DNA from: Camelus ferus
Taxonomy: Eukaryota
Direction of reading: 5' to 3'
DNA length: 64,000 nucleotides
NCBI RefSeq assembly: GCF_009834535.1
Contig: NC_045696.1
Coordinates: 14,262,001 to 14,326,000 of the forward strand
The translations under genes and the position numbers were made by a program. Position 1 is the first letter of the stretch. The number at the start of each line of letters is the position of its first letter. A model generated the notes under the pieces. It was not told the DNA's origin, made no database searches, and worked only from the letters and a program-made list of their open reading frames with translations. Positions 13,730 through 25,184 of this stretch are shown here, one piece after another.

Positions 13730-14959
13730 GATGGCAGAGGGTGAGGTTTCAGGTGAGATGCAGAACACTTCTGAAGTTTAAATGTCACCTACTACTCTGG
13801 AACCTTTGCATACTGACAGGAAGTCCAGGGCATACCATCAATTTTATGATTCGTGCAATAAATATTTACTTAATACCCAGTGTTTGCAAGTCACTCCTGT
13901 CAGTTGATAATGAGAGCACTTGGTCTTTTCATAGCTACAGCATCTGTCATAAATAAACCCATTATTTCAGAGTCTCCAGTTTTACTGGGGAATCATGTTT
14001 GCTTTTTGTCACCCAAGCATTGTTTTGAGCCAATTACAAAACTATAAAGTTTTCATCAATTACCCAATCACCTGAACACGTGATTCCAAAGATATATTTC
14101 ATGTAACAAGGCTCTGTGGAAGGCAGGGAAGTTAATGTTTGGGCATGCAACTATTAAAATGAACTTGACTAATTACATTGAGTAGGTTACTAATTATCAA
14201 TTACATTGTAAGATATTTCATTGGAACACAATTCTGCTCTATACAGAAACTCCTCAACATTTTAGCTTATAGAGTTCCTATGAACCCAAACACTTGTGAA
14301 TGTAACTTTCTGATAATATTTTTTTTTATCCCAAGAGCCATTTTTCAATAAATTTTTATCAACTCCAGGTGGTCATTTAGTTCAAACCAGAGCAACAAAT
14401 ACAAAAAAGATCCTTTGCAATGACACTTTTGAATGTTTTCTAAATCACGAATTTCCTTCAGACAATTTTAATCTATTGGGTCCCAGTGAAAATGGGAAAG
14501 TGGTAGGTAACTTGTAATAAGGAAACCGGGTACAAAGAGGTTTGGAAAGTTATTAAAAGTCCACAGCTAATTCATTGCCAAGACTGAGTATTTGTTCTTC
14601 TTTATTATGCTACATGGTTTTCCTTTCCAATCACTGGAGACCTGAACACTTGCTGTAACTAGTTTATTGTGGTGACTCATTTAATTTTTTTGTGAAATTA
14701 CTCTTTTGTAAAATCCCCACATACTTCAGAATCTTTCATGATTCTCAATGTCACTTTGGATACTAATTAAAATGTACTTCAGTGTTTTGTTCACAAGCCC
14801 TTCCCATCGAGTAAGGCGGATAGTTCCTCTCAACCTTTCATTTTCACTCCGAAGTGATCTACCCTTGATATCCATTGGTGTGACTGGTCTCCTAGGCTCC
14901 GCTGATATGCTGGTATGATATCCACACAATTGGCCAGATAATTTAGAGAACAGTAGAGG

Positions 14960-15402
14960 AAGCCTTTGTAAATTACACCAAAAATGGCACCTTAGAAAAA
15001 CACTCATCCATTATCTCACAGTCTTATTGTATCAGGAGTCTAAGCACAGCCTAACTGGGGTCCCTCCTCAAGGTCTCACAATCTTGCAATCAAGGTATCA
15101 GCCAGGACATCTGCAAAATCTCTTTGCTGTACAAATTAATTAGAGTTACCGGGTTTAGAACACATACCCAAAATATTCCATGAAACATGTTTACACTAAA
15201 AAGCAATCCATTTTTTTAATCTGAAATTCAAATTTATTTACATTGTGTTTTATGTGCCAACTCTAAACATAGCATAATCACAGGAGTATATCCCATCATC
15301 TTTTCAAAGTTAGAGGTGAGTTACAGATCCTTCTTCCTGCACCGAAGAGGAGGGGATCATACAAGGTTTCTCACTGGGGTCAACTTAGAATTCTCACTAC
15401 AT
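14960..15402 (-). mobile_element. MLT1-type MaLR LTR fragment with a nested MER53-like hAT MITE (~15141-15266)
   Basis: attatctcacagt...tcaggagtctaagcacagc...caatcaaggtatcagccagg; insert ttagagttacc...ctgaaattcaaattta...gccaactctaa with inverted ends. Confidence 0.6.
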
Positions 15403-16324
15403 ATACCTGGGAATTTACTCCTTAACCCCAACTAGTGATCACATTTCTTCCAGGACGGTTGATGGCTATTGCAGTAAGGTTCCAACATATGGACATTTTC
15501 CAAAATGTATTTCTTCTCTTTCCCTTGTCAAGAAGGATATTTCGTTTCATCCATAATTGACCAACTTCAATTCATCCCTCATATTAAACTAGCGGTTTGT
15601 CTCTTTTAGAAAGATTCCTGATCCTTCTCTCTACTTACTCTTTGTCCTGGCCTCTCTCTGGATTTCTTCCTCTGTATTTCCCAAACACTCCAGTGTATGA
15701 TTCTATTGTAGCCATACTCTAATCTTTGTATAGAGTATGTATAAAGATTTTGAATAGAGGTTTGTTTTTGTCTGTTCCACACTTCAGAAAGCAGGGATGA
15801 GCTATTTTAGTTCTCTGTTCATAGCACATATGGAAATGTCCTTTATTAGGAGCTTAATAAGTGGTGAATGAGACTACTCCTTCATCTAACGTAAGATGTA
15901 GTTCTATTTCTTCAAGAATAACGATCTATCCACACATTCTCTTTTGCTCTTACTCTTCTCAAGACTGCAATTTCTTTCAGGTTTCCAGCGATTTGAGAAA
16001 CCACAGAAGTTATTTAACCATGGATGGTTGAATCTTGACTCCAGTTCTTGTGGTCTTCTTATATCCTACATGAAGATTGAACTTCTAAAGCCAAAACATA
16101 TTATAACTGGCCTCTCCTCCCCGATGTAGAAATATAAAAGTTTGCAGTTCTGTGTTTACCTGGTATCAGCATCTCCATTTTCACAATCAGGGTTCAAAGC
16201 TCAATTCCATTCCTAGCCTATAGTAGCCTAAAATAAGGTGGGACAAAATTTGCATGTAAAATCAGTTCATTCTACCCCTCTCCCTGAGTTTGTAATTTTC
16301 TCCTAAAGTAACCCTAGTAGTGGG

Positions 16325-16965
16325 CTTACAAAGCCAAACTTGTGTCTGCTTGCCAGCGCTCAGTAACGCCAATCTATTGACACCAGGTTGTAGTAAAGGA
16401 AAAGTACAGCTTTTATTGCAGGGAGACAAGCAAGGTGTCCAGGTAGCGAGTGAGTGCTTAAAAGATCTCAACTCCCTTAAGGCTTTCAGGGAAAGGTTTT
16501 CAAAGACAAGGTGAGAGAGGTGGGTTGTGGGGTGTGTCATCAGCTCACAGTCATTCTTCTGATTGGTTGGTGGGAGGTAATCTGGAGTCAACATCATTAA
16601 CCTTTTGGTTCCAACCCGTCTGGGGTCTATATGTTTGTGGGCAGCATACAATTAACTTCTTCCACCTGGTGGAGGTTGCAGTAACTGCAGAACAGCTCAA
16701 AGCACATGGCTCAGAATATTATCCATAGCCTTCTAAAATGAACAAAATGTTCTTGATTTTTGTTTAATGGCGAAACTGTTATAATTTTGTCTCACTTGAC
16801 TGTTTTCCCTTCTTTCTCCATTATCTCACTTCTCTGATTAAATGTACTCTTTGGGACTCAGGGAAGCCTAGGAAACTTCCTAGTGTTTCCATAGACAAGA
16901 GGCAAGTGGAGGACATGAGAGGGGCTCTGTCCTGGGAAGCCCCTATAGAGTCCTGTTTGGTTACA
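16325..16965 (-). mobile_element. ERV1-class solo LTR
   Basis: Flanked by gtggg direct repeats; ends in ggttaca; minus-strand AATAAA near 16412-16417; ctgattggttgg and gccaatctattgacaccaggttgtag motifs like laurasiatherian ERV1 LTRs. Confidence 0.7.
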
Positions 16966-17898
16966 GTGGGTGATCCTACCTGGGTTTAGAGATTTCTTCC
17001 TCTTTATTTCCCAAAGGTCATTGAGCACCTAATGAAGAAGTCATTCTTGTTTCAGATGGTGTCACATATTAGAAAGAGCTTTTGTGTTGAGAAATTTGTG
17101 TGTCATTATCATCCTTTCACTTCACCCTATTTAGTGTCTCTAGAAAGAACCAGAGCATGTCTCCAATACTAATCTTACTAGTTTTGCAATACCAGACTTT
17201 CAGGTACATAACTGTATACACCACGCTGAATTCCCCACAATTCCAAGTGTTAAGAAGAAATATATCTTTTTTCAAAATTATCTTCTCTAGGTTTCTCTTT
17301 CTTCTCCTTCATTGTTGATGTGTAAGATCTTACAGGCTCGAACTTTATAAGTTTCCTGATGCTGTTCTGTTTCCTTTCATTATTTATGCTACCACCCATA
17401 TCCAGGGGCTTTTACCAGTCTCCAGGTCATGTATATACCTAACTATTTAGCCTTCTGCCTCTCCTCTTCCAATGCATCTTTTTTCACCATTAGCATTTTC
17501 GAAAACAGATTTTTCTGAGGCACTTGTCTGTGCGTGTATATGTGTGTGAATGTGATGATGAGTACATAAGTGCTGATCAGTGTGGAAAGAAAGAAATGAA
17601 TAGACCTAGGGTCATGAAACACAAATGTTTAAGAACAAACCTTGAGTAAAATGAGTTAAGAACACAAGACTCAAAGAAGAGCCTTTTTTTTTTCAGGGAA
17701 ATTCAAGATACATAACATGCTGTATGTCATGCATACTGACCAACCAGAACGGAAGCCAGACATACACAATCATAATGAACAGCTGTGCATTATCTCTGCC
17801 AGTCTCTAAGGAAGGCACAGAAATTGGAGTCAAAAATATAAACCAACAGCATGGCTGACACAAAAGACACATAAACTTGTTAGGACCAGTGAAACATG

Positions 17899-17904
17899 TT
17901 TATT
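17899..17904 (-). terminator. Polyadenylation signal AATAAA of the 43-aa KRTAP
   Basis: tttatt on the + strand, ~255 bp 3' of the stop; similar spacing in the paralogs. Confidence 0.6.
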
Positions 17905-18158
17905 TGGAAATAATCACAATATAGAAACAAAATAAGAAGGTAGTGGGTTTACACTTGAACTAGGTACAAAATGAAGTTTTCTGCCTTCCAGGAGCATTTT
18001 GGAGTAACTCAGGCTCCTTTAATTAGAAATAGGACTTTCTAGAAGGCAATCAGGCTGTGACTTCTCTATTTGATGAGAAATGATGTGATTTTTGAGGCAC
18101 TGAAATGGAAAAAGGTTGAAATAATTATTTTAGAGGAGAAGTGCACTGCAGTTACATT

Positions 18159-18290
18159 CTAGCAGCGAGAAGAATAGTATCTTCTACAGAAAAATGGTTG
18201 GTAACCACCGCAGACATAACCACAGCCACAGCCATATCCAGAGCCATAGCCACAGCTACCACGGTAGTTTCTGTAATAGTCACAACACAT
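18159..18290 (-). CDS. Short intact KRTAP21-2-like keratin-associated protein (43 aa), not in the ORF track
   Basis: Manual translation MCCDYYRNYRGSCGYGSGYGCGCGYVCGGYQPFFCRRYYSSRC-TAG; ACACC-ATG Kozak context; intact TATA and AATAAA. Confidence 0.75.
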   Translation of the reverse strand: MCCDYYRNYRGSCGYGSGYGCGCGYVCGGYQPFFCRRYYSSRC

Positions 18291-18377
18291 GGTGTTTTAC
18301 AGGCGGGAGTTCAGGAGTTCTACAGAGGAGCAGATGGAGGTTTCTGAAGTCTGAATGTCATCTTCTGCTCTGAGACC

Positions 18378-18383
18378 TTTATA
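18378..18383 (-). promoter_or_regulatory. TATA box
   Basis: AGTATATAAAGGTC on the minus strand, same context as the four intact paralogs, ~90 bp upstream of the ATG. Confidence 0.8.
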
Positions 18384-20552
18384 TACTACCAGAAGTGGGT
18401 GGAGCATGTAACACAGACTCTGTGGATTCATTATCACAGCAATTTTTATTTCTAAAAAGCTTATCACACTAAGGACAACAGTTTTGGGGGATAGTTATGC
18501 CCTAGCTAGTCATGAAAATGGTAAGGAAACAGATGTAACCTTCACACTGAACAAGTATGTCTTGTGGAATGTAATCAAACCAAATTTAGATTTTTCACCT
18601 CAGAGGGCGTTAACTCTTCTGCAACTTCTAGTCCCATATATGCGGGAGATGCTGCAGCATCTTATATCTCAGCATCACTGACAGGAAAACACCAGGGCTG
18701 GAGAAGAAAGGCAAACAGGAGGGGCATTAGGTGAGGAATTCTCAGGTTATACCTACAAAAAAGTGGATGGAACCAGGTAGAGTGGCCACTAAAGTGGTGG
18801 CTGAAGCAAAGGTCAGATGAGGCAAAGAAGATCTGAATTAGTGCAAAGCAGAGATTTGATATAATATGCCAAAATAAAAACAGCCATGATTTTGTCCAAT
18901 GCAACATAACCCACTCTAATTAACAGTTCTTGGAAATTTTCAGTATTGCTTTCTTAGATACATTTTGCCCACTTTAAATAAAATCATCAAAATTGTATCT
19001 GCTCAAATCCTACTTGAATTTTCAAAGCACAGCTTAGGCTACACCTCATATAAGAAGCATTCCTGGGCATTCACAACATACATTAGCCTTAATTTCCATA
19101 GCTCCCTGCGTCTAAATCTAAATCTATTGTGATACTGCATGTTATATTAGCATGTTCGATTTTAATTACCTGATTCCCGCAGTCAACTGTAATTTAATGC
19201 AAATAACTTTGTCTTTATTTTCTGTGAATCTAAAGAACTAAGCACTCAGAAACTGTTGAATGAGTGCCTATAAATTTTTTTCCTCTTGTAAAAATTGTTT
19301 TTATTTTGATGTATAGGTTGTTATATAGGGAAATAATAATAATAACAATTAATAATGTTTTTATTTCCCTTTATAGCTTTGAGGCACACTCACACTTATT
19401 ACTTCGTTTAATTCTTACAAAAACAATGTAAAATGGGAAGCTGTGGTATTTATTTTTAAATGCATAGATGAAAAAACAGAGGCCAAGGATAATTAAGTCT
19501 TGCCCAAGTCTCTCAGCTTTCAGTAGTAGAGCTGAATTGGTCCAAATCCTGTTATAACCATAAAAGTTAAGGAAGAACCCATGAATTATTTTTTCTTAGT
19601 TTTTAAGATGGAAAATATTCACTTTGAGTAAAATTATCAATATTTTGCAATTTCTGCCTTATGTTTCTACCCTCTAAATTTTCTTTGTCATCTTTGCCAT
19701 TCTAGCTAAAGTGTGCTTTGAACCATCAAGAAAACAACTCAGTCCCCTCTCAGACCTGCCCCATAACTCTAAGTACCACACAGCGGCATTATGGCGGCTC
19801 TAATCATGCAAATGCATTCTCTATTGAGAATACAATCTTCTTAATACTGCAAGTTAATCTCAGAAATTATAGAATTTCTAAAAATTTTTTAAATTTTAAG
19901 AATTTTAGAAATTTTGAGTGGAAATGATTATAACTTTTCTAGACATTCCAAATTTTAATCAATATAGGGTATGTATTAGCACTCTAGATCAGCAACTTCC
20001 ATGTCAAAATAAAAACGTCAGATTCTAGGTGTACTTCCTAATTATGATTGTCCTGCTTTTGCAGTTCTTTCCACTAAAATATATTCAAATTGGCTCCATT
20101 TCTGCAAACTCTGTGACCCTTTCTACATTTCATATTTCACATGCTTTCTCCCATAATAGCTCTAGCCTGACCATGTTTATTTGCATCCTTTCATTAACTG
20201 CCCTACTAGACAGTGACTGAACAATTTAACTTTAAACAAAATTTTGAGTACCTACATCATGTAAGCAATATTCCAAGGCATAGAATTAAATAAAATTACA
20301 TATCAAGAGCCCAAGAATGAGCTCTGTGGTTTAGAAACTCTCCAGAGAGAGTGAAACACCTTTTTCATTGGACCAGTCTCCATCCTTTCACCACATGCTA
20401 CAGGAAAGATTATTTTCAATCTTTATATTTCCTCACTCATTCACTCTTCAATTTGTTGCAATCAATATTTACTGTTAACACCCCCCCCACAAAAAAGCTC
20501 TCTTCATGAAAAATCTCATATCATTTGCCAAATTCAATGGAAACTTCTCAAG

Positions 20553-20710
20553 TAATTAATACAATAGGATGATAAAGTAAAAAGCAAGACCAACTTATCA
20601 GAAAACAAGCCACTTCACTAAAACCAGTAATTTGTACTAATAATACAGTGACAAACGTATCAATGTATTTGGTGTCATAGTGCATGTTAAGAGTTCATAA
20701 CTATGGAATA
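20553..20710. repeat. Locus-specific low-copy non-coding element, copy 2
   Basis: taattaata...gataaag...caagaccaac...gtaatttgtactaataatacagtg...taagagttcataact aligns by eye to 50731-50910. Confidence 0.6.
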
Positions 20711-20959
20711 TATGTATGATAGATGTACAAAACATCTAACAGGAGAGTGCCTATGAATTTTACATGAGAAAATTGAAACTATTGATTTTCCTGGATTTTC
20801 AAAATATCGTCAATACTAATAAGAAAAATATATAGGATTGAGCCACATAAAATTGTCATTTTTATAAATTAAGATGTTAAGTGTCACCAGTTTTTCCATA
20901 ATAAGCAGCATAATGATAAATATAATGACAAAAATCCACTGAGTTCGCAGAGTGGCATA

Positions 20960-21150
20960 CCTTTGCATATTTTATTTAATTTAGTACTCTCAACAATCCT
21001 GATCTATCCCTATTTTGTCATTTTGTCTTTGATTATACTGAGGCTCAGAAAAGTTAGATAATGTGCCCACAATCACACAACAAATACTGATGGAACCTAC
21101 ACTTGAGCATAAGTGGGGTGACTCTGGAAGCTAGTCTTTTAATCACTATC
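20960..21150 (-). mobile_element. MIR SINE (other MIR fragments near 19380-19540, 45945-46110, 48660-48790, 52100-52310, 55360-55500, 58240-58380)
   Basis: ctgaggctcagaaaagttagataatgtgcccacaatcacaca MIR core. Confidence 0.7.
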
Positions 21151-21924
21151 TATACAATCTTCTTATTGTAAGTGTGATCAGTTGTATGACTTTGGGGAAA
21201 TGATATTTTGCAGGAACGTACAGTTAAAGACAATGTTTCTTGTGCTGGAGAACATGAATATCAACTAAAAATAAGCTTTAAAGATTCCTGGATCTAGAGC
21301 AATATTGCAGCCCCTCTTCATTGATTTCCATGGATTTTTCTTTTCTTTCTTTTTTTTTCTTTTTTTTTTTCTTTTTCAGGCTCATAAGTAATACATATCT
21401 ATTACAAAGCTTTCAAAGAAAAATATTTTTCTCAATGACAGGAGGGAAATGGGAGTGGGGTGCTGTTAATTGTTTAATGACTTCTGCTGGGAGTAGGGGT
21501 CTAATATGCTCATTTCCATGGCATTCATCCTCCTAGCATGACTGGTCTCAAGTTAGCAAATGGCTTACAAAATTGCTGAAAATCTATATCATTTGCTAGT
21601 ACTTTAAATTTCATATTTAAAATTTTAAATAATATGGAATTTTTTGTGTATAGTGTGAGGCAGTCACCCATCTTTTCTGTGTCTAAACACAAGGCCCACT
21701 GATCAAATAAACTACCTCAGATGAAAACTCTGTCTTTACTGGGAACCCCCCTGAAGTCTTCTGCAGTAGGTACTGTGGTCTTACTGGCTTAAAACCATCT
21801 ACTGCCTATACCTTGATAACATGGACAGATTGCCTCGTCTTTACTGGTAGCCTAACATGTCTTCTCTTCCTGACTATAGTTCTTTCTTGTCCAGCTTGTT
21901 GTGACCTTTTAAAGCCACATGGCA

Positions 21925-22242
21925 GAGTAGAAATATATCATGAAACACATGCATAATTTTAAACTTTCCAGTAGCCACATTTAAAAAAGACAAAAATAAG
22001 CAGGTGAATTAATTTTACAGCATATTTTATTTAACCTAATGCATCCAAAATATTATCATTTAATATATAACCACTATTTTTTAATTATTTGATATAGTTT
22101 CCATAATTGTCTTTACACTAAGTCTTTGAAATCTGATGTGTATTTTACACTTACAGCACCTTTAATTTTGTACTTAGCCACATTTCAGATTCTCAATAGC
22201 CACCTCTCTCTAGTGGTTAGTTACCATATTGGACAGTGCAGC
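21925..22242. mobile_element. MER33-like hAT-Charlie element
   Basis: ttccagtagccacatttaaaaaag...ctgatgtgtattttacacttacagcac...tagccacatttcag...ccatattggacagtgcag. Confidence 0.75.
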
Positions 22243-23677
22243 TTGAGACAATCTGAAGATTCCTCTATGGGTGTAGCCATTGAGTATAATTTTTCCAACA
22301 GCAGTTACTACTCTGGTAATAAGCTGCCAGTTTATTTGCTTGTTTTTCTAAATTCCCCTCGAATTCTATTTTCCATCTTATATAACTGACCAATTTCAAC
22401 TCATCCTTTACAGCTCTGCTCATATACCATTCTCCTTCGGAAGAAATTCGTGACCCTTGTCTGACCTTCTCTTCCCACATTCTAGCTGACTAAGTCAAAC
22501 CACTGTTTCTTCATCATTTGGAGAAGTTGGAGAAACTCTGTCTTGAGAATAACCTCATCCCAGGGCTGACCTTAATGGCAGGGCCATCTTCCTTGGTTTG
22601 GGCGATTTGTGGGGTCTCCCAGCTCCAGGGATCTCGGGGTCACATATTGTGCAGTAACCCAGGTCATGCAAATGAGATGGCAACACCTTTATTACTGCTG
22701 ATGAAACTTGATGCCTACTGAGTCTGAAAAGGGTTTTCTGTTGTAACATTTAAATGTTAGAGTTCAGGAAGGTCAGATGAGAAAAAAATACGAAAGTCAG
22801 AACACAAAAAAGTAATAAGCTCTCCAATTCAGGAAGCAGACCGGGTTTTTTTTTTTTAATCCCGTTCTTATATCTGCCCCAATTAAGGCATTAGAGAACT
22901 TTACTAAGCAGTGGAACTTACTCTTTCCCAACTGAAAAATGTAGCACTACCATACTCAAAACTGAATGGACTTGTCTGACAGAATTTACCTTAATTATTT
23001 GTACTATATTTTTTATCTTCATGCACTAGAATGTAAACCCTGTAAGAGCAGGGAACTTGTCTATAATTTTCCTACTGTGTCTTCAGTGTCCAGGATGGGA
23101 CCCGTTCAGAAGTACTCAAAACTACTTGTCAGTTAAGTGACTTGAATCAATTTCCTCAATTTCAATAAATACATGCAAATATATTTGCAGTTTCATCAAA
23201 AGCAGATGATACAATAGAATGTTTTTATTCTTCCCTTAGTTCTTTATTCCTCCTGTACTTAACACCTCTCCTTCTAATTTCTCATTAATTCTGCAAAGAA
23301 TCTCTTCCATTCCATTATTCCTCTAAGCACTCAGGTCACCTCTTCTCTACCTTGAACTTTGCATGAATTTCCTGAGCAAGTGTCATTCATACCCTTCTTT
23401 CGCCTCCAACTCCATCCTAGACACAGTGCAATTCACAAAAAAAACAGTTCTGAAATACTGTGTGATTTGTGCTCAGTGCCTGAGCATGTGGGATAAGAGA
23501 AATAGATGGAGAAGATGTTGTTGCTTATACAGGGATAAGAATAAATGCTTGTAATACTCCAAGGAAGAACTTGAGGTTCAGGCAACATGTTACCCAATAC
23601 TCAAGAGAGGCCATAACATCTAAAACAAATGAAAAATGCACAAACACACAAACATTTGTTAGAAAGAACGAACCATT

Positions 23678-23683
23678 TTTATT
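23678..23683 (-). terminator. Polyadenylation signal AATAAA (unit A)
   Basis: catttttattgagaataag context conserved in all four units. Confidence 0.7.
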
Positions 23684-23973
23684 GAGAATAAGTTATTTCC
23701 CCAACTTTAAGATGTTAGGATCATCAGTACAGATAGAGAATCATCAATATATAATAGACAATGAGAGATTAAGAGAACACTTGGAAATTAGTCAGATGAT
23801 ACCATGGAGCCTCAGGCTACAAAGATGCCAATCTAAAACCAGGTAATTGGAGGTCAAACCTTCTGTCAGGCATGTAATTTCTTGGATGTAGCAATCATGG
23901 GTTATAGATTCTTGAATCAGCATTATCTATAAATGTGCCACTTCAGAGCAAATGGGGCTTGGATAGTGATGTT

Positions 23974-24348
23974 CTAACAGCAAGAAGAATAACACATCCT
24001 ATAGCAAACTGGCCTGTAGCTGCAGTAGCCAAAGCCAGAGCCGTATCCACAGCCATATCCAGTTCCGTAACCACAGCCATAGCGGGAGCCATATCCATGG
24101 CCGTATCCACAGCCATATCCGGTACCATAACCACACCCATAGCGGGAGCCATATCCACAGCCGTAACCACAGCCATATCCACAGCCATATCCGGTTCCGT
24201 AACCACAGCCATAGCGGGAGCCATATCCACAGCCGTATCCACAGCCATATCTGGTACCATAACCACAGCCATAATAGGGGCTAAATCCACAGCCATAGCT
24301 GTTTCCACAGCCATAGCCACAGGAGTTGCCATAGTAGTTGCAACACAT
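23974..24348 (-). CDS. KRTAP21-1: Keratin-associated protein 21-1-like, 124 aa (unit A)
   Basis: Single-exon [16 protein letters not shown]...(YGCG)n...[18 protein letters not shown]; Gly/Tyr/Cys-rich; termini resemble KRTAP21-1 as recalled; TATA and polyA signal present. Confidence 0.92.
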   Translation of the reverse strand: MCCNYYGNSCGYGCGNSYGCGFSPYYGCGYGTRYGCGYGCGYGSRYGCGYGTGYGCGYGCGYGCGYGSRYGCGYGTGYGCGYGHGYGSRYGCGYGTGYGCGYGSGFGYCSYRPVCYRMCYSSCC

Positions 24349-24428
24349 GTTGTCAAGGGATGTGAATTCAGGTGGGTTGAAAGAGGAGGTTTCTCAAATG
24401 GGTGTGTGTCTTCCTATTCCCTGGGACC

Positions 24429-24434
24429 TTTATA
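24429..24434 (-). promoter_or_regulatory. TATA box (unit A)
   Basis: AGTATATAAAGGTCCC, ~80 bp upstream of the ATG. Confidence 0.85.
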
Positions 24435-24845
24435 TACTGTCAGTAATTAACAGAGCATACCATTCATTTCCTGACGTAACCAACAAATATGTAAGCAACC
24501 ATCATGTGCCAGTCACGGTTGACTATCAATAATGCCTTGTTTAAATAGCTCATTATTTTGGAGACTCCAGATTTATTTAAAGAGCACCATTTTAATTGGT
24601 TCTGCCGAAGAATTGCCTCAATAGAATCATTTGCCCCAAAACCGATATCCATTTTTCAAAACCTCCTTATATATGTCTTATTTAAAAGATTTGGGGGGGA
24701 TGTGGAAAAAATTTGCCCCCTTTTCTCTTTTGTATTTCCTAAATCATCTGTCTCTGTCCATAAGAAAAGAAATTTTCCTTTCTCCTTTCTTAAATCATTT
24801 CAACTTCTTGCCAGGCTTCTCCCACCCAGATACCCACTATGCCAT

Positions 24846-24966
24846 GATACCTATTGGCATCTTGTGTACAAACTAAAGATGCTGCTTATTCTACAAAGCA
24901 CAAAACAGCCCCCAACAAGGAAAAATTATCTAGTTCAAAATGCCAATAGTGCTAAAAATAGAAATC
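24846..24966 (+). mobile_element. 3' half of MER20 (also ~29733-29857 and ~35806-35930)
   Basis: ggcatc...gatgctgct...acagcccccaacaagg...aattatctag...caaaatgccaatagtgct; the full-length counterpart is at 43944-44169. Confidence 0.75.
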
Positions 24967-25184
24967 TATAAATAAGCTTCTCAATCAATAGATGTCTAAA
25001 TCCAAACATAACCTGTCTTCTCCCTCTGAACAAACACTTGACCTTTCCATCACCAAACATGTAGTCAAAAAAGAGTAGTTGTTTTGTTTGTTTGATAGAG
25101 GAGATTTTTTGCTTATCTTACATGTATGGGTTTTATTTATATCACCATGTTCAGAGTAAAGCAGACTCTAAAATTTAAGTTATT

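Noticed and set aside
19873..19913. 11-bp inverted repeat aatttctaaaa/ttttagaaatt
   Set aside because: Expected by chance in very AT-rich low-complexity DNA; no supporting context.
24030..24330. Regularly spaced direct repeats resembling a CRISPR-like array
   Set aside because: These are coding 12/60-bp tandem repeats of the KRTAP with no unique spacers, in a eukaryotic context.
23943..24356. MAVDMAV-rich alternative-frame ORFs on the minus strand (also 29013, 35028, 40521, 13555)
   Set aside because: Out-of-frame readings of the KRTAP repeat; several start at non-ATG codons or upstream of the TATA box.
23935..24450. 171-aa Ala/Ile/Thr/Ser-rich + strand ORF, and similar ORFs at 29005, 34984, 40531, 18141 and 57085
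   Set aside because: Antisense shadows of the repetitive Gly-Tyr-Cys codons. TATA, Kozak and polyA signals all point to the minus strand.
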